Part shown: in pieces, positions 31,277 to 38,029 of the stretch
How the letters are laid out: each line of letters starts with the position of its first letter
Position numbering within the stretch: position 1 is the first letter of the stretch
Assembly (NCBI GenBank): GCA_029254395.1
Contig: JAQWXQ010000056.1
Span: 1 to 46,309 of the forward strand
Reading direction: 5' to 3'
DNA from: SAR86 cluster bacterium
GTDB taxonomy: Bacteria > Pseudomonadota > Gammaproteobacteria > Magnimaribacterales > D2472
DNA: 46,309 nt
Made by a program: the position numbers and the translations under genes
The notes under the pieces: model-generated
Told to the model about the DNA's origin: nothing
Databases searched by the model: none
The model's input: the letters and a program-made list of their open reading frames with translations, nothing else

Positions 31277-32404
31277 TTAGGAATTATCTCCAATAGATGA
31301 GATTCTTATTGTTCTTTTATTGCAGCTACTAACCTTAAATTCGACATCAGATAAAGCTGTTTTTACATAAGACTTTTTAATACCTGCAGCATTTAGTTTT
31401 TGTTGGAAAAGTAATTCTTTCAAAATAGATTTATTAAACTCATCTTTCAGAGTGCCAGCTTTTAAATCTTGCTTCACAAATGAAGACATTGTTTTAGAAT
31501 CCAATGGGAAATATAAACCTTCGAAGTCTAAAATTTTCTTTGGATCAGTTATTCCATACAGCAAGTCATTTGTAGCAAAAATAGGGAAATCTAAAACATA
31601 ATTTTTGAGAATGGGAACAATTGCTTTTGCATCCGCATAATCCAATATAATAAATATTTTTTTTAGATTCTGATTTTTTCGCGGGAAAAAAACTAGATTA
31701 GTATTTTTATCTAATGTTTGAATAGCATCTTTTCGATCCTTGCTTTCTTGAATATCAAGTATTCTAGTTACAAATTCATCATATTTATTTGCTTTAATCT
31801 CAGCAAATGAAGCAAGTGGGAAGTTGACTTTTAAGTAAGAAATATAAGTTTCAAAATTTTTACCGTAAATAACTAATATTTCATCTTTTTTGTATTTATC
31901 AAATACATCTTTTTCTATTAATCTTCTTTGATCCTGAGAGTAAGAATTACAAAAACCATAATGCACAGAATCAAGGAGGTTATCATCAATAAAAATACCT
32001 GAATTATCAAACTCTAGATTGATAGGAAGGTTGGAGTTTAACGACAATTTTATGAGAATATCTTTATTTTTTTCATTAGTATTAAAAGTAGATTTATATG
32101 ATTTGCCTTCCTTAAATATCTCAATTTGTTTAAGTGCAGTTTTTACATTTATTTGAATATCTTTTTTTAGAAGTGGTAGATTTTTATTAATAAAAGCAGT
32201 TTCTTCTTTATTAAGAACGTCATATGAAAGAGTCCTGTCTATTATTGATGTAAGTTTTAATCGGTCTTCTGATGAAATTAACACATTGTTATCGGTAATT
32301 AGCTCAACGCTGTTTGTGATATTTTTCTGGGTATTTAAATTATTAGTAACACAGCCAGAAGCAATAAATGCAATTAATAAAAAAGATGTTAAGCTAAGTT
32401 TCAT
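31277..32404 (-). CDS. Lipoprotein, probable short LpoA (penicillin-binding-protein activator, LppC family)
   Basis: 375 aa with a lipoprotein signal MKLSLTSFLLIAFIASGC. It is divergent from rsmI, the conserved lpoA (yraM) position. The C-terminal segment KKIFIILDYADAKAIVPILKNYVLDFPIFATNDLL resembles the LpoA periplasmic-binding-like domain. No strong motif, so this is a synteny-driven call. Confidence 0.4.
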   Translation of the reverse strand: MKLSLTSFLLIAFIASGCVTNNLNTQKNITNSVELITDNNVLISSEDRLKLTSIIDRTLSYDVLNKEETAFINKNLPLLKKDIQINVKTALKQIEIFKEGKSYKSTFNTNEKNKDILIKLSLNSNLPINLEFDNSGIFIDDNLLDSVHYGFCNSYSQDQRRLIEKDVFDKYKKDEILVIYGKNFETYISYLKVNFPLASFAEIKANKYDEFVTRILDIQESKDRKDAIQTLDKNTNLVFFPRKNQNLKKIFIILDYADAKAIVPILKNYVLDFPIFATNDLLYGITDPKKILDFEGLYFPLDSKTMSSFVKQDLKAGTLKDEFNKSILKELLFQQKLNAAGIKKSYVKTALSDVEFKVSSCNKRTIRISSIGDNS

Positions 32405-32421
32405 AAATTTTTTATATTCAA

Positions 32422-33237
32422 ATGTTATATTTTATCGCTAGTCCAATAGGCAACTTAAATGATATATCACTTAGGTCAATTGATGTTCTAAAAAAAATAG
32501 ATTTCATTTATGCTGAAGATACACGAAATACAAAAAAACTTCTAAACTTCTTTGAGATTAAAAAAAATGTCAGCTCTTTGCATGAGCACAATGAAAGTCA
32601 AATAGCTCCAAAAATACTTGATCTTCTAAAGGAAAATCATGATGTAGCTATTCTTTCTGATGCTGGAATGCCTGCAATATCAGATCCCGGCTATTACTTA
32701 ATTACGCAATGCATTAAAGAGCATCAGAAATTTACTGTTTTACCGGGACCCTCAAGTGTTATTAATGCCTTGGTTTTATCAGGCATGCCCCCTTCAAGCT
32801 TTCTATTTTTAGGCTTTATTCCCAGGAAGAAAAAACAAAAAGAGCAATTTTTAAGTGATATTTCTAATGATAAACATACACTTATTTTATTTGAAACTGT
32901 CAAAAGACTTCCAGATACTATTTTAATTTTAGATGAGCTCTATTCTTCCAATATAAACATTTCTATATGTAGAGAAATGACAAAACTGCATGAAGAGGTT
33001 ATTCGAGGTAATGCAAATGAATTACTGGAAATGATCAATAACAATAAAATAATACTTAAGGGTGAAGTTGTGCTTGTCATAGATATGAAGTGCATAAAAG
33101 ATAATGGTATTAATATAGATAATAAAGTTAGATCCGCATTTCTTGAAAAACTTCCTCCGAAAGATGCAGCCAAACTTCTTTCAATGGTTACAGGCGAATC
33201 AAAAAGAGATATATATAAATCACTTATGGATTTATAA
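32422..33237 (+). CDS. rsmI: 16S rRNA (cytidine1402-2'-O)-methyltransferase RsmI
   Basis: 271 aa of the tetrapyrrole-methylase family. It has N-terminal MLYFIASPIGNLNDISLRSIDVLKKIDFIYAEDTR and DAGMPAISDPG. Confidence 0.9.
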   Translation: MLYFIASPIGNLNDISLRSIDVLKKIDFIYAEDTRNTKKLLNFFEIKKNVSSLHEHNESQIAPKILDLLKENHDVAILSDAGMPAISDPGYYLITQCIKEHQKFTVLPGPSSVINALVLSGMPPSSFLFLGFIPRKKKQKEQFLSDISNDKHTLILFETVKRLPDTILILDELYSSNINISICREMTKLHEEVIRGNANELLEMINNNKIILKGEVVLVIDMKCIKDNGINIDNKVRSAFLEKLPPKDAAKLLSMVTGESKRDIYKSLMDL

Positions 33238-33259
33238 AATTTACTGCACAGCTTATAAT
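33231..33259 (+). promoter_or_regulatory. Candidate sigma70 promoter of rnpB (TTTATA-N17-TATAAT)
   Basis: A perfect -10 TATAAT at 33254-33259 lies 6 nt before the predicted rnpB 5' end (G at 33266). A weak -35 TTTATA sits 17 nt upstream, overlapping the rsmI stop. Confidence 0.35.
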
Positions 33260-33265
33260 AACTTT

Positions 33266-33596
33266 GAGTTGGTCGAACGGTCGCTGATTATTCAGAGGAA
33301 AGTCCGGACTTCATAGGGCAAGGTGCCAGGTAACACCTGGGGAGCGTGAGCTTACGGAAAGTGCAGCAGAAAATATACCGCCAATGTTTATTGGTAAGGG
33401 TGAAATGGTGGGGTAAGAGCCCACCGCTTAAGTGGAGACATCTAAGGCATTGTAAACCCCAACCTGAAGCAAAACCAAATAGAAATCTTATCAGGCTGCC
33501 CGCCTGGGATTTGGGTAGGTTGCTAGAGTATTATGGCAACATAATATCGAGATAGATGACCGTTGATTACAGAATCCGGCTTACAGACCAACTCCT
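33266..33596 (+). ncRNA. rnpB: RNase P RNA, bacterial type A (compact, about 331 nt)
   Basis: All universally conserved blocks are present: GAGGAAAGTCCGGAC, AGGGCAAGGTGCCAGGTAACACCTGG, GGTAAGGGTGAAATGGTGGGGTAAGAGCCCACC, GTAAACCCCAACCTGAAGCAA and ACAGAATCCGGCTTACAG. The terminal P1 pairing is GAGTTGGTC / GACCAACTC. This is a GC-rich island in AT-rich DNA. End coordinates are good to about 3 nt. Confidence 0.9.
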
Positions 33597-33602
33597 TCTA
33601 CC

Positions 33603-33649
33603 AAGTGTGTGTAAATGTGTGAAAATAAATGTTTAAAGTGTGTAAATAA
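33603..33649 (+). promoter_or_regulatory. Direct-repeat array (AAGTGTG / AAATGTGTG / AAATGTTT / AAAGTGTG), candidate MraZ operator and Pmra region
   Basis: Four A-tract+GTGTG-type repeats have TGTG cores at about 33608, 33618, (33630, degenerate) and 33639. That is roughly 10-11 bp phasing, ending about 20 nt before the mraZ ATG. MraZ is known to bind phased direct repeats upstream of its own operon. Confidence 0.35.
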
Positions 33650-33667
33650 TGCTATATACTTTTTAAC

Positions 33668-34135
33668 ATGTATGGATTTAACTCAGTTTCAATAGATAGC
33701 AAAGGGAGAGTTGCATTGCCTGCTAGATACAGGGCAAGTCTTTTATCTAATAATGAAACGACCATCATAATAACTAGAGATCCACAATACCCCTCGCTAA
33801 AAGTATACTTTGGGTCTGAGTGGGAAGATCTTTCCGACCAACTAAAATCATTACAAAGCTTAGATCCTATCGTAAGAAAATTACAATGGACCATTTTAGG
33901 TAATGCTAGTGTTAATGAATTTGATCCATCTGGAAGAATGCTAGTTTTAATTCCGTCTGAGTTAAGAGAATATGCTGAAATAAATAATAAGAAAAAGTTA
34001 TGTCTAGTAGGAATGGGTAATAAATTTGAGATTTGGGAAGAGAAAAACTGGTCTTTAAGGCAGACAGGAGGATCTCTGTCTACAGAAATTTTAGATGTTG
34101 TATTGCCAGAGACAGTTAAATCAATGTCATTTTAA
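33668..34135 (+). CDS. mraZ: Transcriptional regulator MraZ
   Basis: 155 aa. The N-terminus MYGFNSVSIDSKGRVALPARYR parallels E. coli [23 protein letters not shown]. The second SpoVT/AbrB-like half contains DPSGRMLVLIPSELREYA. Confidence 0.95.
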   Translation: MYGFNSVSIDSKGRVALPARYRASLLSNNETTIIITRDPQYPSLKVYFGSEWEDLSDQLKSLQSLDPIVRKLQWTILGNASVNEFDPSGRMLVLIPSELREYAEINNKKKLCLVGMGNKFEIWEEKNWSLRQTGGSLSTEILDVVLPETVKSMSF

Positions 34136-34148
34136 ATAGGGGATTATT

Positions 34149-35264
34149 ATGAATTGGGAAGTGATTGGACAAGAGATTGAAAATGCAAAAATAAAAGTTG
34201 TTGGTGTTGGGGGTGCAGGTGGAAATGCTGTGATTCACATGATCAACCATAATATTGATGGCGTTGATTTTATTTGTGCTAATACTGATACCCAAGCATT
34301 ATCTGAAGCAAATGGAGCCATTTCACTCAAGCTTGGTAACGGCCTTACAAAGGGATTAGGTGCAGGCGCTGATCCAGATATAGGACGTAAAGCTGCAGAG
34401 AGTGATAGAGGTGCAATAGAAGAGTTATTGTCCGGTGCTGATATGATTTTCATTACAGCTGGTATGGGCGGTGGAACTGGAACAGGAGCGGCCCCTGTTA
34501 TTGCTTCTATAGCAAAAGAAATGGGAGCTTTAACAGTTGCAGTTGTAACTAAACCATTTAAATTTGAAGGTAAAAGAAGAATGTCAGCAGCTGAAAAAGG
34601 GCTAGCATCTCTAGTCGAAGAAGTAGACAGTTTGATAACAATCCCAAATCAAAAGCTTTATGAAATTCTTGGCGGTAATACGCCTATGCAAGAAGCTTTT
34701 GCTAAGGCAGATGATGTGCTTAAGGGAGCAGTTCAGGGCATATCAGACATTATTATGAAAAAAGGCCATATTAATGTAGATTTTGCTGACGTAAAAACTG
34801 TTATGTCAGAAAAAGGTATTGCAATGATGGGGACAGGAAGATCTAATGGAAAAGATAGAGCAATAGAAGCAGCCACTCAAGCTGTAAAAAGCGAACTTCT
34901 TGAAGATATTAACCTTAAAAATGCTCGCGGTGTATTAGTTAACATAACCGCAAAAGAGCCTACACTAAATGATCAAACTGATGTTGCAGATATTGTCGAT
35001 GAAATTTGTAGCGAAGAGGCTAATATTATATATGGTCTTGTTTATGACAATTCAGTTGAAGAAGATTTGCTGGTTACTATTGTAGCAACAGGGGTTGATC
35101 AAAGAGGGCCCGCACTTGCGATAGATAACCATCAGCCCTCTATTAAACTTAATCCAGTCGGCTTAAATAGAGACAAGCAATCAAGTCAAAAAGTTGGCAC
35201 ATCGTCTGCAGAGGAAATAAACTTCCTCGATGTGCCTACTTTTATGAGAAAGCAAGTAGATTAA
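34149..35264 (+). CDS. ftsZ: Cell-division tubulin homologue FtsZ
   Basis: 371 aa that aligns with E. coli FtsZ along its length by eye. Matching blocks include VVGVGGAGGNAV, NTDTQAL, GLGAGADPDIGR, the tubulin signature GMGGGTGTGAAPV, VAVVTKPFKFEGKRR, NVDFADVKTVM and GVLVNIT. The C-terminal conserved peptide is FLDVPTFMRKQVD. An SD (AGGGGA) lies 5 nt upstream. Confidence 0.95.
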   Translation: MNWEVIGQEIENAKIKVVGVGGAGGNAVIHMINHNIDGVDFICANTDTQALSEANGAISLKLGNGLTKGLGAGADPDIGRKAAESDRGAIEELLSGADMIFITAGMGGGTGTGAAPVIASIAKEMGALTVAVVTKPFKFEGKRRMSAAEKGLASLVEEVDSLITIPNQKLYEILGGNTPMQEAFAKADDVLKGAVQGISDIIMKKGHINVDFADVKTVMSEKGIAMMGTGRSNGKDRAIEAATQAVKSELLEDINLKNARGVLVNITAKEPTLNDQTDVADIVDEICSEEANIIYGLVYDNSVEEDLLVTIVATGVDQRGPALAIDNHQPSIKLNPVGLNRDKQSSQKVGTSSAEEINFLDVPTFMRKQVD

Positions 35265-35265
35265 A

Positions 35266-36159
35266 ATGCTTCATTTTCCAGTCCTTCTGGAAGAGTCAGT
35301 TGATTTCCTTATAACTAATTTAGATGGTAACTATATTGACTGTACTTTTGGTAGAGGTGGTCACACCTCAAAAATCTTAAGAAAAATATCGCCTGAAGCA
35401 AAGCTAACATCATTTGATAAAGATGCTGAAGCTTATGAATTTGCTAAAAATATTAAAGAAAATAATTTTACAATTAAGCATGAATCATTTAATTCTTTAA
35501 GTAAATATTTTGATGAAGGTTCTATTGATGGCATTCTTTATGATTTAGGCACTTGCTCTACTCATCTTGATAACGGCGATCGTGGTTTTAGCTTTATGCG
35601 CGATGGGCCACTTGATATGAGGTTTAATATAAAAAAAGGCAAGCCATTATCAGACTGGATTAATAATGCTTCATATGATGAAATTTTAAATGTTCTATAT
35701 AGCTACGGTGATGAAAAGCATGGCAAGCTTATCGCTAAAGCAATCATTGATTTTAGAGAAAAAAAGAGAATAGCTACTACATTTGATTTAGCAAATTTAA
35801 TTAAAGATTGTTATCCAGGTTCAAGAAAAAAAATACATCCTGCTACAAAATCATTCCAAGCATTTCGTATATTCATCAATAACGAACTAAATGAGATAGC
35901 AGAATCACTTCAGCAAGCTAAGAAAATTTTAAAAAAAAATGGAATTATAGTTGTAATTTCCTTTCATTCACTTGAGGATAATTTAGTAAAGAATTTTTTT
36001 AAGCCTCAAAATTTAGAATTCCCAAAAGATATACCTATCAACTCTATTATGAGCCAAGAATTTAAATGCATTGCAAAAAAAATTAGGGCAACTGAAGATG
36101 AGATTGATATTAACCCCAGATCAAGAAGTGCAATCATGAGAGTCTTTAAAAAACTATGA
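35266..36159 (+). CDS. rsmH: 16S rRNA (cytosine1402-N4)-methyltransferase RsmH (MraW)
   Basis: 297 aa with N-terminal HFPVLLEESVDFL...YIDCTFGRGGHT, DLGTCSTHLD and SFHSLEDNLVKNFF. Confidence 0.95.
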   Translation: MLHFPVLLEESVDFLITNLDGNYIDCTFGRGGHTSKILRKISPEAKLTSFDKDAEAYEFAKNIKENNFTIKHESFNSLSKYFDEGSIDGILYDLGTCSTHLDNGDRGFSFMRDGPLDMRFNIKKGKPLSDWINNASYDEILNVLYSYGDEKHGKLIAKAIIDFREKKRIATTFDLANLIKDCYPGSRKKIHPATKSFQAFRIFINNELNEIAESLQQAKKILKKNGIIVVISFHSLEDNLVKNFFKPQNLEFPKDIPINSIMSQEFKCIAKKIRATEDEIDINPRSRSAIMRVFKKL

Positions 36160-36437
36160 CATTAAAATTTAAACTTTTTACAATAGCTTTATTTTCTATA
36201 TTGATAACATTTTTATCACTTGAAAAAGTTAAATTATCTTTTGAGATCTCGAAATTACATTTAAATAATGAAAATTTACAAATTGAATATGAAAGATTCA
36301 AAGATTTAAATCTAAGACTTCAAACTCAATACTATGCAGAAAATTCAGTAGGGCTGATAGAAAGGCAATCCAAGGAAGTGCTTGGTATGTCTAAACAAAA
36401 ACCAAAAATAATCATAATTGATGCAGAGAAAAAATAA
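36156..36437 (+). CDS. ftsL: Cell-division protein FtsL
   Basis: 93 aa, bitopic (TM FTIALFSILITFLSL) followed by a coiled coil. It lies between rsmH and ftsI with a 4-nt overlap on rsmH. The call is positional plus architectural. Confidence 0.65.
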   Translation: MTLKFKLFTIALFSILITFLSLEKVKLSFEISKLHLNNENLQIEYERFKDLNLRLQTQYYAENSVGLIERQSKEVLGMSKQKPKIIIIDAEKK

Positions 36438-38028
36438 GTTATTAAATTTAAGACTTGTAATTACATGTGCAGTATTAATAATTTCTACTGTTGCAGTTCT
36501 ATCTAAATTAATATTTTTAAATATATCAGATGGAGTTTTTCTTCAGGCGGAAGGCAAGAAAAGATACATCAAATACAGAGAAACCAAGGCGGTAAGGGGA
36601 GGTATCTATGATAGAAACAATTTTCCACTAGCTATTTCGATTGTTAATTATGATCTCTATGCGTTGAGCGGGTTAAATGCTGATGACTTTCAGGGCTTGA
36701 AAAATAAAATTCAAATATCTGATAAATATAAAACTAAAAATGAGTTCTTAAAAAAAACATTGCTGAAGAAAAACATTACAGCATCTGATTATTCAATCAT
36801 TAAAAATCTCAAATTAAATAGAATTGAGATTGAGGTTCGACATAGTAGACATTACCCCCTTGGAGAGCAAATATCTCCCTTGATTGGGTTCTATGGAAAA
36901 GATGGTCCACAAGAAGGAATGGAAAAAAGCTATAACTATTTACTTTCCGGTTTTGATGGCAAGGAAAAGTTATACAAAAATGCAAAACAGGAAATAATAT
37001 CTAAACCAATTGAGGTTCTAAAAGAAACTCAGGGAAAAGATATAACTCTTACAATTGACTCAACCATACAGTTTTTTGCATATAAATATTTAGCAGAAGG
37101 TATTGAAAGCAATAATGCCAAGTCAGGTAGCGTTATAGTTTTAGATAATGCAAGTGGTGAAATACTAGCTATTGCAAGTTATCCATCCTACAACCCGAAT
37201 GATCCTATGAGAGTCATCCAAAAAAATAGAGCTTTAGTTGATGCCTATGAATTTGGATCTGCTATGAAGCCAATTACAATTTCTGCTGCTATTGAGAATA
37301 ATATTTTAGATAAAAATGAGTTTCTAGATACACCTCAACGATTTATTTTAAATAACAAAGTCATAACTGATCCAAAAAATTATAAAGAACTTAAACCTAA
37401 TGAAATAATAGCCTACTCAAGCCAAGTTGGCGCCTCTAAAATAGCACTAATGTTGGGTTATGATAGTTTAAAAAATAATTATCTTAATTTTGGTTTTACA
37501 AAACCTATATCGATAAATTTCCCATCATCTTCATATGGATATATGAATTTTAAAGATAACATTAGCGACAGAGAGCTTGCAGCTCTTGGTTATGGGTATG
37601 GTTTTGAGGTTAGTCCGTTTCAATTAGCTACAGCTTACTCTGTTTTTGCAAATGCGGGCATTTACAAAGATTTTATTTTATTAAAAGATGCGAATGTGAG
37701 CCATAGAAAAGTTATATCAAAAAAATCAGCAGATTTTATTATAGATTCTCTTTCAGATGTTGTTGAATTTGGCACTGGAAAGTTAGCTATTGTAAAAGGT
37801 TTTAATGTTGGTGGAAAAACATCAACAGTCCACAAAGTATCATCACTTGGGTACAAGTCTGATTCCTACAGGGCATCTTTTGTAGGTATTGCCCCGCTGC
37901 AAAGGGATTCATTAACAATATTGGTTTCAATAGAAGATCCAAATTTAAATACCTATTCTGGTGGAGCTGTAGCAGCACCAGTTTTTTCAAAAATTGCTGA
38001 GAATGCTCTCAATTATTTGGGATATTAA
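36418..38028 (+). CDS. ftsI: Peptidoglycan D,D-transpeptidase FtsI (PBP3, class B PBP)
   Basis: 536 aa with an N-terminal TM anchor and the PBP dimerisation domain (RGGIYDRNNFPLA). The transpeptidase domain has YPSYNPND and SxxK (GSAMKP). The SxN and KTG positions read SSQ and KTS (see findings). Confidence 0.9.
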   Translation: MMQRKNKLLNLRLVITCAVLIISTVAVLSKLIFLNISDGVFLQAEGKKRYIKYRETKAVRGGIYDRNNFPLAISIVNYDLYALSGLNADDFQGLKNKIQISDKYKTKNEFLKKTLLKKNITASDYSIIKNLKLNRIEIEVRHSRHYPLGEQISPLIGFYGKDGPQEGMEKSYNYLLSGFDGKEKLYKNAKQEIISKPIEVLKETQGKDITLTIDSTIQFFAYKYLAEGIESNNAKSGSVIVLDNASGEILAIASYPSYNPNDPMRVIQKNRALVDAYEFGSAMKPITISAAIENNILDKNEFLDTPQRFILNNKVITDPKNYKELKPNEIIAYSSQVGASKIALMLGYDSLKNNYLNFGFTKPISINFPSSSYGYMNFKDNISDRELAALGYGYGFEVSPFQLATAYSVFANAGIYKDFILLKDANVSHRKVISKKSADFIIDSLSDVVEFGTGKLAIVKGFNVGGKTSTVHKVSSLGYKSDSYRASFVGIAPLQRDSLTILVSIEDPNLNTYSGGAVAAPVFSKIAENALNYLGY

Positions 38029-38029
38029 A

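Noticed and set aside
33346-33555. 69-aa ORF in the rsmI-mraZ interval.
   Set aside because: It lies completely inside the RNase P RNA gene (conserved rnpB blocks span it). The open frame is a by-product of the GC-rich structured RNA.
33652-33894. 80-aa minus-strand ORF overlapping the mraZ start.
   Set aside because: It is antisense to the highly conserved MraZ N-terminus and has no motif or RBS, so it is a shadow ORF.
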